Shown here piece after piece: positions 1 through 8,161 of a DNA stretch of 64,000 bases. The stretch's first letter is position 1. Each line of letters opens with the position of its first letter. The DNA comes from an uncultured virus (IMG/VR IMGVR_UViG_3300031688_001276) (lineage: Duplodnaviria; Heunggongvirae; Uroviricota; Caudoviricetes): the IMG/VR virus record IMGVR_UViG_3300031688_001276; one strand, given 5' to 3'. The position numbers were made by a program, and so were the translations under genes. The notes beneath the pieces were generated by a model. That model had not been told where the DNA came from. It worked only from the letters and a program-made list of their open reading frames with translations, and made no database searches.

Positions 1-2
1 TT

Positions 3-203
3 TTCTACTGCCCTTACGTTCCATTACAGATGGTAAGAGCAATTGACCCTGCTACATTCCAACCAAAAATCGGATTTAAAACTCGATACGGAATGATAGC
101 TAACCCATTCGTAATGCAGAGTGACGGTACAACAGACGGTGATACATTCACAGCTGACCGTAACCAGTATTACAGAAGTGTTAAAGTCACAAACTTAATG
201 TAA
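3..203 (+). CDS. gp23: Major capsid protein, C-terminal end (5'-partial)
   Basis: Hand translation FYCPYVPLQMVRAIDPATFQPKIGFKTRYGMIANPF...NQYYRSVKVTNLM* is the diagnostic T4-like gp23 C-terminus. Confidence 0.97.
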   Translation, partial: FYCPYVPLQMVRAIDPATFQPKIGFKTRYGMIANPFVMQSDGTTDGDTFTADRNQYYRSVKVTNLM

Positions 204-230
204 TTTAGGTTTCTAGGAATAGAATTAAAT

Positions 231-258
231 GGGCTACTTTCGAGTAGCCCGTTTTTTT
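231..258 (+). terminator. Rho-independent terminator after gp23
   Basis: GGGCTACT-TTCG-AGTAGCCC hairpin followed by T7. Confidence 0.9.
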
Positions 259-282
259 GACTCGAACAAATAAGGAAGTATA

Positions 283-462
283 ATGGATATAGTATTAGTA
301 ACAGCTTTTCTTTTGACCCTGTTTATATTTGAACCAGGGAATGTAGAAATTAATGCCTATTGTAAGGCAGCAGTACAGAGTGAAGAGTTTGAAAGTAGGA
401 AGTTATGTTGGGATTACTACACAGATTATCGTGAAGACATACCCGACTTACCAAAGGATTAG
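283..462 (+). CDS. Small hypothetical protein (59 aa) with hydrophobic N-terminus; not in the ORF track
   Basis: AAGGA SD, then MDIVLVTAFLLTLFIFEPGNVEINAYCKAAVQSEEFESRKLCWDYYTDYREDIPDLPKD*. Confidence 0.6.
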   Translation: MDIVLVTAFLLTLFIFEPGNVEINAYCKAAVQSEEFESRKLCWDYYTDYREDIPDLPKD

Positions 463-466
463 ATAT

Positions 467-495
467 AAAAAAGGGCTACTTTCGTAGCCCTCTTT
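467..495. terminator. Bidirectional terminator between convergent genes
   Basis: AAAAAA-GGGCTAC-TTTC-GTAGCCC-TCTTT; T-tract on the minus strand. Confidence 0.8.
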
Positions 496-497
496 GC

Positions 498-725
498 CTA
501 TTGTGCTGTTACAAACTCGTTGAGTTTAGCAGCTACATTAATAACCTCTTCGGCTGTCAATGGTTTTAGTATAGGGAACTCAGGATAAGGAATATCCTTT
601 GCATCCTGTGCTCTTTGAACATCATTATGATATCTGTCTACAGACATATTACGGTTTTGTTCTACTATACTTTGTGCTTGACTAAGCAATTCGGCTCGGA
701 TCTCGAACCCTGATTTATTTGTCAT
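498..725 (-). CDS. Hypothetical protein, the only convincing minus-strand gene
   Basis: AGGAG SD, its own TATAAATA late promoter (773-780, minus strand) and a downstream terminator. Confidence 0.8.
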   Translation of the reverse strand: MTNKSGFEIRAELLSQAQSIVEQNRNMSVDRYHNDVQRAQDAKDIPYPEFPILKPLTAEEVINVAAKLNEFVTAQ

Positions 726-772
726 CTTATTCTCCTGTGTGTGTGTAATGACGTACCTTAATGGTACACAAC

Positions 773-833
773 TATTTATAAGTTCTGGTATTGTCCTATT
801 TGACTTATGGTTAACAAGAAAGTATTATAAATA
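773..833. promoter_or_regulatory. Divergent T4-type late promoters plus an overlapping sigma70-like promoter
   Basis: TATAAATA on - (773-780) and on + (826-833); TTGACT(800)-N17-TATTAT(823). Confidence 0.75.
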
Positions 834-853
834 ACAATACAGAGGCACAATAT

Positions 854-1360
854 ATGGCATATTCAGATAAAGTAGTAAAGAGATTTCAAGATGTTTTAGA
901 TAACCCAAAAGCACATGGCGTAGGTAGGTTCGATCCTAAAGACCCAAATGTAGCTACAGGTATGGCTGGAGCACCAGCATGTGGTGACGTTATGAAACTA
1001 GATCTAAAGGTAAATCCCGATACAGACATTATAGAAGATGTTAAATTCAAAACTTACGGTTGTGGTTCAGCTATTGCTAGTTCTACAATGTTTGTTGAAA
1101 TGTTAAAGGGATTAACAATGGCGGAAGCTCTGCTTATTAAAGATAAAGACATAGCAGACGCACTAGAGTTACCGCCTATTAAATTACATTGTTCTGTATT
1201 AGCAGAAGATAGTATTAAAAAAGCATTAACACATTGGGACGAAAAGAAAGCACGAAGACAACATAACGGAGGCCCTGACATTGATGACGGCGGTCTTAAT
1301 TATGTGATCCCAGAAAAACAAAACGGAGACCAGGACATTGAGTCAAGCGGAACAATATAA
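854..1360 (+). CDS. iscU: Fe-S cluster assembly scaffold IscU
   Basis: MAYSDKV, GAPACGDVMKL, FKTYGCGSAIASS, LPPIKLHCSVLAED (LPPVK-type chaperone motif). Confidence 0.95.
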   Translation: MAYSDKVVKRFQDVLDNPKAHGVGRFDPKDPNVATGMAGAPACGDVMKLDLKVNPDTDIIEDVKFKTYGCGSAIASSTMFVEMLKGLTMAEALLIKDKDIADALELPPIKLHCSVLAEDSIKKALTHWDEKKARRQHNGGPDIDDGGLNYVIPEKQNGDQDIESSGTI

Positions 1361-1709
1361 CCCACAAATGATCGCCACTTCTAGACCTACGGGGATAGAT
1401 TTTACAGATACGGCTTTACAAGAAGTAATTAATAAGGTCGAGAAGAAAGGCGCTAAGGGTGTAAGGTTTTCTTTACTAGGCGGAGGGTGTGCAGGTTTCT
1501 CATATGAGTTTAACTATGCAGACAACGGCGAAGCTGAAGATATACCAATTGATTTCGGAAAGTTTACACTATGGCTATGCCCATTGTCTGAGATGTACTT
1601 AGATGGCACAGTTATATCCTGGAAAGTCGAAGGACTTAACGAAGGGTTTGAATTCATCAATCCACAAGAGCAATCCTCATGTGGTTGTGGTGTATCAGTA
1701 GGATTTTAA
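1338..1709 (+). CDS. iscA: A-type Fe-S carrier IscA/HesB (start TTG 1338 or ATG 1368)
   Basis: GGGCAGFSY and C-terminal NP...CGCGVS. Confidence 0.92.
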   Translation: MSQAEQYNPQMIATSRPTGIDFTDTALQEVINKVEKKGAKGVRFSLLGGGCAGFSYEFNYADNGEAEDIPIDFGKFTLWLCPLSEMYLDGTVISWKVEGLNEGFEFINPQEQSSCGCGVSVGF

Positions 1710-1721
1710 AAAGGACAAGGC

Positions 1722-2309
1722 ATGACAACAACTAATATAACAACAGTTACAGATGCAGGTTGGAGTAACAACAACCCCAATGAACTAGATTACTTACGCC
1801 CTAATGCGTTTAAGTTTCAGATACATAACATACCTAATGTAAGTTATTTCTGCCAAGCAGCTAACATACCAGAACTTAACTTGCCACCAGCAGTACAACC
1901 AACACCTTTAGTAGACATACAACACCCAGGCGACAAATTAGAGTTTGGTACGCTAATGATAAGGTTCCTCATACAAGAGGATATGAAAAACTACCAAGAA
2001 CTATATGATTGGATGGTTGGTTTAGGCTTCCCAGAAAATCATAAACAATACGCAGCTTATGGCAAAACTCAGGACTACAGATTCCCTGATATAGATCAAA
2101 CAAAACAAGCATCACTAGGACAATTTTCAGACGCATCATTGTTTCTATTAGACTCGAACAACAATGTTCAAACAGAATTTAAATTTAGAGATGCCTTCCC
2201 GGTTAGTTTACAAGGGTTGGATTTTGAAATATCCTCAGGCCAAACAGACTACATGGTTGGTGTAGCAATGTTTCGGTACAAAGACTACATCATTAACACA
2301 ACAGTTTAA
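1722..2309 (+). CDS. gp3: Tail completion / tube terminator protein
   Basis: YLRPNAFKF..IPNVSYFCQAANIP, F.DAFPVSL motifs; gp23-gp3-uvsY-uvsW synteny. Confidence 0.75.
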   Translation: MTTTNITTVTDAGWSNNNPNELDYLRPNAFKFQIHNIPNVSYFCQAANIPELNLPPAVQPTPLVDIQHPGDKLEFGTLMIRFLIQEDMKNYQELYDWMVGLGFPENHKQYAAYGKTQDYRFPDIDQTKQASLGQFSDASLFLLDSNNNVQTEFKFRDAFPVSLQGLDFEISSGQTDYMVGVAMFRYKDYIINTTV

Positions 2310-2360
2310 CCAAAAGGTACAATTACATCTTGACTATTACTAGTTAAGGTCGTATAATAC
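2310..2360 (+). promoter_or_regulatory. Sigma70-type promoter of the replication-gene class (uvsY)
   Basis: CCAAAAGGTAC...TTGACT-N17-TATAAT(AC); near copies at 55503-55553 and 25144-25174. Confidence 0.75.
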
Positions 2361-2367
2361 ATATATT

Positions 2368-2811
2368 ATGATAACTCTAGAAGAACTACAAAACATGTGG
2401 CAGATAGACTGTAAGGTTGATGAACTTAACCTGGGTCAAGAGTCCACCCGAATTCCAGAACTCCATTCCAAGTACCTCAACCTGTTAACTACATATAGAT
2501 TACAATGTAGAAAGGCACAGAGTGATATGCAGAAGATGAGACGGTTGAAATGGAAGTTTTACCGTGGAGAACTGGACCAAAAAGAATTAAACGATTTAGG
2601 CTGGGAACAGTACTTAGGCAATGCACCTCTTAACAATCAGATGAACGAGTTCTTAGACACAGACGATGACATCATCAGATTAACCGACAAATTGGAGTAT
2701 GTAAACACCTGTTTTACCCTATGTGAGAGTGTTATGAAGTCGATTAATAGTAGATCTTTTGATATAAAAAACGCTATTGAATGGACTAAGTTTAGCAATG
2801 GTCTCTTATAG
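2368..2811 (+). CDS. uvsY: Recombination mediator UvsY
   Basis: IPELHSKYL, R.FDIKNAIEWTKF; synteny. Confidence 0.9.
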   Translation: MITLEELQNMWQIDCKVDELNLGQESTRIPELHSKYLNLLTTYRLQCRKAQSDMQKMRRLKWKFYRGELDQKELNDLGWEQYLGNAPLNNQMNEFLDTDDDIIRLTDKLEYVNTCFTLCESVMKSINSRSFDIKNAIEWTKFSNGLL

Positions 2812-2814
2812 TGG

Positions 2815-2850
2815 AAAATATTTGGCCGGTATCTAGGAGCAAAAAAAGTT
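2815..2850 (+). repeat. 36-bp intergenic repeat, copy 1 (TGGCCGGTAT core)
   Basis: 29/36 identical to 26656-26691 by manual alignment. Confidence 0.7.
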
Positions 2851-4312
2851 GATAAGGATAACTAAAAAGGACGAAGTTTATCTTAGAATAGATACAGACT
2901 TAAGCACGGATCAAGAGATATGTGATTTCTTTACATTCGATGTACCAGGTGCTAAGTTTATGCCACTATATAGAAACAAAATGTGGGACGGTAAGGCTAG
3001 ACTGTACAGTATGTACACCAAAGAATTATATGTTGGTTTACTTCCTTACCTAGAAGAGTTTGCTCAGACGTTAGAGTATGAATTAGAAGTAGACGTACCT
3101 AGTGTTGGTGAGGAAATAGACGTTAAACGATTTACAGAAGAACTGAGGTTACAATCCAATGGTAAAGATATACAAATTAGAGATTATCAGCAAGATGCAG
3201 TTAAGCATTCTATTAAAGAAGGTAGGACACTTCTTCTCTCACCCACCGCTAGTGGCAAGTCTCTCATTATTTATTCTCTTATACGCTATCACCAACTGAA
3301 AGGTAGGAAGCAGTTAATAATTGTACCTACTACATCATTGGTAGAACAAATGTACGGAGACTTTGCAGACTATTCATCAGCTAATGGCTGGAAGGTACAA
3401 GAGAACTGCCACAAAATATATGGTGGTAAAGAAAAACACAACGAAGCGTCAATAACTATTAGTACATGGCAGTCTATATACAAGTATCCTAAGAGTTGGT
3501 TCGCAGAGTTTGATGTGTTCTACGGAGACGAAGCACATCTATTTAAAGCTAAATCGCTTACAACTCTTATGAACAAGTGTGTTAACACACCTTTTAGAAT
3601 AGGTACTACGGGTACTCTAGATGGCACTAAGACACACAGACTAGTACTAGAAGGAACCTTCGGACAAGTACACAAGGTTACAACTACTAAAAAGCTAATG
3701 GACGATAAACAATTAGCAAACTTAAAAATTGTATGCTGTATGCTTAACTATACAGACGAAGTAAGGAAAGCTAACAAGGGTATGACATACCAAGAAGAAA
3801 TAGATTGGATAGTAACTAACCCTAAGCGTAACAATTTAATTAAGAATCTTACTATGGCACAAGACGGCAATACTCTAGTGTTATTTCAGTTCGTAGAGAA
3901 ACAAGGTAAGATATTATTTCAGCTGCTTAAGGAAGCATGTAAAGGAAGGAAAGTATTCTTTGTATTTGGAGGCACAGATACAGAAACAAGAGAAGACATT
4001 AGAGCGTTAACTGAAAAAGAACATGACGCTATTATTGTTGCCTCATACGGCACGTTTTCCACTGGTATAAATATAAGGAACCTACATAATATTGTTTTCG
4101 CATCTCCTAGTAAGAGTAGAATAAGAAACTTACAAAGTATAGGGAGAGGTTTAAGAAAAGGAGACGATAAAGTTACTTGTAATCTTTTTGATATTGGTGA
4201 TGATTTAACGTGGAAGTCTAAAAAGAATTACACCATGAACCATTTAATAGAGAGGATCAAGATTTATAACGAAGAAGGTTTCGATTATAAACTTGTTAAA
4301 ATAGATGTCTGA
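2849..4312 (+). CDS. uvsW: UvsW SF2 helicase (TTG start)
   Basis: PTASGKS, DEAH, QSIGRGLR; WDGK.RL N-terminal motif. Confidence 0.95.
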   Translation: MIRITKKDEVYLRIDTDLSTDQEICDFFTFDVPGAKFMPLYRNKMWDGKARLYSMYTKELYVGLLPYLEEFAQTLEYELEVDVPSVGEEIDVKRFTEELRLQSNGKDIQIRDYQQDAVKHSIKEGRTLLLSPTASGKSLIIYSLIRYHQLKGRKQLIIVPTTSLVEQMYGDFADYSSANGWKVQENCHKIYGGKEKHNEASITISTWQSIYKYPKSWFAEFDVFYGDEAHLFKAKSLTTLMNKCVNTPFRIGTTGTLDGTKTHRLVLEGTFGQVHKVTTTKKLMDDKQLANLKIVCCMLNYTDEVRKANKGMTYQEEIDWIVTNPKRNNLIKNLTMAQDGNTLVLFQFVEKQGKILFQLLKEACKGRKVFFVFGGTDTETREDIRALTEKEHDAIIVASYGTFSTGINIRNLHNIVFASPSKSRIRNLQSIGRGLRKGDDKVTCNLFDIGDDLTWKSKKNYTMNHLIERIKIYNEEGFDYKLVKIDV

Positions 4313-4739
4313 ACAACCAGAAGTAAGTATAATTAAATTAATGGACGGCTCTACAGTCGTAGGTAAACTATACTATGGAGACGACTCTGTAGAAATAGAA
4401 CACCCAATAGAATTAGTATCTACTATTCGTCCTAATGAAGGTTTTATGGGAGAGCAAGTAAGTCTCAGGCCTTGGATAGCAATAGCACAAGAATCAGTAT
4501 TCATAGTGGAGAGATTAAATATAATAACAATAGGATTATTAGACGAGAACTTTGTAGCAGGCTACGAAAGAATGGTAGAGGCTATATACAAAGAAGATAG
4601 GCGCTGGGAAGGCGACTTATATAGAGCAGACAGAGAAGACTTTTCATTAGACAGTATGGATGAAGAGACACAACAAGATTTAGACATTGAAACGCTAACT
4701 GAATTAGCAGAGGCAGTGATTAAAAAACAAATACATTAA
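4305..4739 (+). CDS. Conserved T4-like hypothetical protein (Sm-like fold probable)
   Basis: IIKLMDGSTVVG and LRPW motifs; position between uvsW and gp55. Confidence 0.6.
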   Translation: MSEQPEVSIIKLMDGSTVVGKLYYGDDSVEIEHPIELVSTIRPNEGFMGEQVSLRPWIAIAQESVFIVERLNIITIGLLDENFVAGYERMVEAIYKEDRRWEGDLYRADREDFSLDSMDEETQQDLDIETLTELAEAVIKKQIH

Positions 4740-4749
4740 GGAGTATATT

Positions 4750-5397
4750 ATGGCGAAGAGAAGAGACCCAAATTCAGCACACTACATTGACAACAAGGAG
4801 TTCCTTGTTAAGATTAGCGCTTACCGGGAAGAAAGAATTGAAGCAGAAGAATCTGGAGAACCCAAACCCAGAGTAACAAATTATATAGGAGAATGCTTTG
4901 TTAAAATAGCAAATCACCTAGCATATAAATCTAATTTTGTAAATTATACATTTAGAGATGAGATGATACTAGACGGTATTGAAAACTGTCTAACATATAT
5001 GGATAATTTTAATCCAGAAAAATCATCTAATCCTTTTGCATACTTTACACAAATCACATACTACGCTTTCATTAGACGAATCCAAAAAGAGAAACGTCAG
5101 ATGGAAACTAAGTTTAAATATATTAAGAGTCTAGATATAGAACAAATACTAGAACAAAGTGATGGCGAGACTCATACAAACGAGTATCTAAGTTACATGA
5201 GAAATATCATTGAACAATCTGAAGCAGACAATGCCAGATCTGATAAGGAAAACGAAGGCAAGAAGATGCCAAAACGTAGACCTAAATACCTAGATGAAAA
5301 AATTAAAGCTAGGGAAGCAGCTGAGGCAGCGGAAGCATTACTTAAAACAGAAGCAGAAGAAGGAAGTATAGAGTCGTTAACGGTCAACCAAAAGTAG
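4750..5397 (+). CDS. gp55: Late-transcription sigma factor gp55
   Basis: HYIDNKEFL, NFVNYTFRDEMILDGIENC, NPFAYFTQI. Confidence 0.95.
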   Translation: MAKRRDPNSAHYIDNKEFLVKISAYREERIEAEESGEPKPRVTNYIGECFVKIANHLAYKSNFVNYTFRDEMILDGIENCLTYMDNFNPEKSSNPFAYFTQITYYAFIRRIQKEKRQMETKFKYIKSLDIEQILEQSDGETHTNEYLSYMRNIIEQSEADNARSDKENEGKKMPKRRPKYLDEKIKAREAAEAAEALLKTEAEEGSIESLTVNQK

Positions 5398-5407
5398 TAA
5401 ATAAAGG

Positions 5408-5438
5408 TTGATTACTGGTTCGGACTTATATATAATAC
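5408..5438 (+). promoter_or_regulatory. Sigma70-type promoter heading the deazaguanine operon
   Basis: TTGATT-N17-TATAAT, 8 nt before the queE ATG. Confidence 0.65.
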
Positions 5439-5444
5439 CATATT

Positions 5445-6323
5445 ATGAAACTTAGATACAGCGAAGCATTTTATAGCATACAAGGTGAGGGTAGATTCGT
5501 AGGAGTACCTAGTGTATTCCTTAGAACATTTGGCTGTAACTTTGAATGCGCTGGTTTTGGACAACCTAAAGGCAACTACATAGCAACAGATCAGATGCCT
5601 TATATGTTAGATCCTAAAGGCGATAAAAACCACCCCGAGGCATACAAAGACATTTCAGAACTTCCAGTGACACCTGTTGGGTGTGATAGTTCTGCTAGTT
5701 GGGCTATGAAATATAAACATTTACAAATGACAAAGTCTGTAGAAGAAGTATACGAACACATAATAAGTTTACTTCCTAATGGCAAGTTTGATGAGAAAGA
5801 AGATATACATTTAGTGATTACAGGTGGCGAACCGTTACTAGGTTGGCAAAAGGTATGGCCTGAGTTAATAGAAATGCTAATGTTTAATGGATTACAAAAT
5901 GTTACCTTTGAAACTAATGGCACACAATCAGTGAAGCCAGAACTAGTAAACTTCTTCAATGCTAATCATCAGAGAATACATGTAACATGGAGTACATCTC
6001 CTAAACTAAGTCTTAGTGGTGAGAAAAACGAAGAGGCATTGATACCCGATGCTCTTGTTACAATGAACCAAGTTTACAATAGTTATCTTTATAATAAATT
6101 CGTTGTTAGAGATATAGATGACTTTGGAGAGGTGGATAAATTTTATCTTACCTACCAGAAAAGCGGTGTACAGATAGATGCTGTATATTGTATGCCAGAA
6201 GGCGCAACATTAGAACAACAAACTCTAACAGCTAAAGGCGTAGCAGAGGCGTGTATGCAGACAGGATATAAATTTAGTCCTAGATTACACATAGACCTTT
6301 TTGGAAACGCATGGGGAACATAA
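5445..6323 (+). CDS. queE: 7-carboxy-7-deazaguanine synthase (radical SAM)
   Basis: E.FYSIQGEG..G.PSVFLR..GCNFEC, ITGGEPL, ETNGT, SPK, RLHIDLFG. Confidence 0.88.
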   Translation: MKLRYSEAFYSIQGEGRFVGVPSVFLRTFGCNFECAGFGQPKGNYIATDQMPYMLDPKGDKNHPEAYKDISELPVTPVGCDSSASWAMKYKHLQMTKSVEEVYEHIISLLPNGKFDEKEDIHLVITGGEPLLGWQKVWPELIEMLMFNGLQNVTFETNGTQSVKPELVNFFNANHQRIHVTWSTSPKLSLSGEKNEEALIPDALVTMNQVYNSYLYNKFVVRDIDDFGEVDKFYLTYQKSGVQIDAVYCMPEGATLEQQTLTAKGVAEACMQTGYKFSPRLHIDLFGNAWGT

Positions 6324-6324
6324 T

Positions 6325-6540
6325 ATGAAATACGGTTGGAATAATATAAAAGAAACATTATGGGGACAGACACCTAGCAAAGATGTAGACACTTGGAAAG
6401 AACCTGATCCAGATGATTTAAGTATTGATAATGCTTATAAAACTAGATGGATATGGTATCATACAATACTAGCAGTAGAGATGATGCTTGTTATCTTTAT
6501 CCAACTGTTAATACTATTTTTATTGGCGGTGAAACTATGA
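6325..6540 (+). CDS. Small membrane protein
   Basis: C-terminal hydrophobic helix; ATGA-coupled to the next gene. Confidence 0.6.
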   Translation: MKYGWNNIKETLWGQTPSKDVDTWKEPDPDDLSIDNAYKTRWIWYHTILAVEMMLVIFIQLLILFLLAVKL

Positions 6541-6983
6541 ACACAGCAAGTTTAGATAAACTTTATATAGGGTGGGACGACATAGAAAGGATTGTAGATC
6601 AATTAACAATTAGTATTGAAATGTCAAGAGAGTCTAAACCACTACAAAAAATTATAGGCATAAGTCGAGGTGGCTTAATACCTGGAGTAATGTTATCCCA
6701 AAGATTAAACGTGCCTTTTGAACCATTACAATGGCAAACAAGAGACGGCAACTTTAAAGATACACTACAGCTATTATCTAGCAAATATGAGGATCAAGAC
6801 GATATCCTATTTGTAGATGATATTTGTGATAGCGGATTAACAGTACAACAAATAAGGGGTGTCGTACCAGATAGTCAATGGGCTGTTTGTTACTCCAAAA
6901 AGGGTAACTTGCATCTTGACTTTGAAGGCGAACGGTTATATAATAACACACAATGGTTAGTTTTTCCATGGGAGACAGAATAA
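6537..6983 (+). CDS. Purine phosphoribosyltransferase (Gpt-like type I PRTase)
   Basis: ISRGGLIPG, PRPP loop ILFVDDICDSGLT, C-terminal WLVFPWE. Confidence 0.9.
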   Translation: MNTASLDKLYIGWDDIERIVDQLTISIEMSRESKPLQKIIGISRGGLIPGVMLSQRLNVPFEPLQWQTRDGNFKDTLQLLSSKYEDQDDILFVDDICDSGLTVQQIRGVVPDSQWAVCYSKKGNLHLDFEGERLYNNTQWLVFPWETE

Positions 6984-6984
6984 A

Positions 6985-7668
6985 ATGAGAATAAGTGATA
7001 AAATAAAACAGAGACTAGAAATAGATGGCAAGAAATTTTATGCCTCAGATAATATTTCTAAGTACATACAGCCAGGAGAGACTGCAGAACTAATTGAAGA
7101 ACTAGAAGTAGCCTTTGAACAAGTATTACAAAGTCTTATTATTGATACAAAGAACGACCCTAATAGTATGGGCACAGCACATCGTTTGGCAAAGATGTAT
7201 GTTAACGAAATTATGGGTGGTAGATATTTACCTGATCCTAGGATAACATCTTTCCCTAATGACGGACAGTACGATCAATTAATTGTAGTACGAGCAGACA
7301 TTAAAAGTATGTGCTCTCACCACCACCAACCAGTGAGTGGTGTATGTTACATAGGTTGCCTCCCAGGTGACGAAGTAATAGGCTTGTCTAAGTACACAAG
7401 AGTTGCACAGCATTTATCTAATCGTGGGCATCTACAAGAAGAGCTAACAGAAATGATAGCCACAAGAATACAAAAACTTACAAAGAGTAAGGGTGTAGCA
7501 GTTTACATTAAAGCAAGACATGGTTGTTGTGAGAACAGAGGCATAATGGCAAGTAATAGTTCTACACAGACAACGGTTGTTAAGGGTGAGTTGAAAACTA
7601 ACATAAATCTGAAACAAGAATTTATGGACAATATTAAATTACAGGAAATAGGCAATGGACACATCTAA
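6985..7668 (+). CDS. folE: GTP cyclohydrolase I
   Basis: SMCSHHH, GLSKYTR, LQEELT, HGCCENRG. Confidence 0.95.
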   Translation: MRISDKIKQRLEIDGKKFYASDNISKYIQPGETAELIEELEVAFEQVLQSLIIDTKNDPNSMGTAHRLAKMYVNEIMGGRYLPDPRITSFPNDGQYDQLIVVRADIKSMCSHHHQPVSGVCYIGCLPGDEVIGLSKYTRVAQHLSNRGHLQEELTEMIATRIQKLTKSKGVAVYIKARHGCCENRGIMASNSSTQTTVVKGELKTNINLKQEFMDNIKLQEIGNGHI

Positions 7669-8161
7669 ACAAATAGTCGTCGACTTAGAAACATTAAGCA
7701 TTAAACCTAATGCGTGTATCGTATCTATTGGTGCAGTACTTATAGAAGATATGGAAATTACAGATACCTTTTATATTAATGTAGACGGTAGAACTTGCAA
7801 AGAGGCAGGCCTAGATATAGATCCTGACACAATTAAATGGTGGGGTGAACAAAGTAAAGAAGCACAAGAAGCTTGGCAAGTAAACCCTGCTCCATTACAA
7901 GAAGCACTAGATAAATTTGTACTGTGGTACGGCACCAAGTCTATTCCTATATGGGGTTACGGTGCCAACTTTGATATAGTAATTTTAGAGAGTGCTTTAC
8001 GAGCTATGGAAATGGAAATCCCTTGGAAGTTCTGGGACATTGCTTGTTTGAGAACATTAATGAATGTCTTAGATAAAAGATTACCTAAGGCAAACAATCA
8101 CAATGCGTTAGATGATGCTACGGCAGAGGCGAAAGTATTAATTGAGATATTAAAATCATGA
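7655..8161 (+). CDS. DEDDh 3'-5' exonuclease (Rv2179c-like)
   Basis: VDLETL, WGYGANFD, HNALDDA. Confidence 0.85.
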   Translation: MDTSKQIVVDLETLSIKPNACIVSIGAVLIEDMEITDTFYINVDGRTCKEAGLDIDPDTIKWWGEQSKEAQEAWQVNPAPLQEALDKFVLWYGTKSIPIWGYGANFDIVILESALRAMEMEIPWKFWDIACLRTLMNVLDKRLPKANNHNALDDATAEAKVLIEILKS

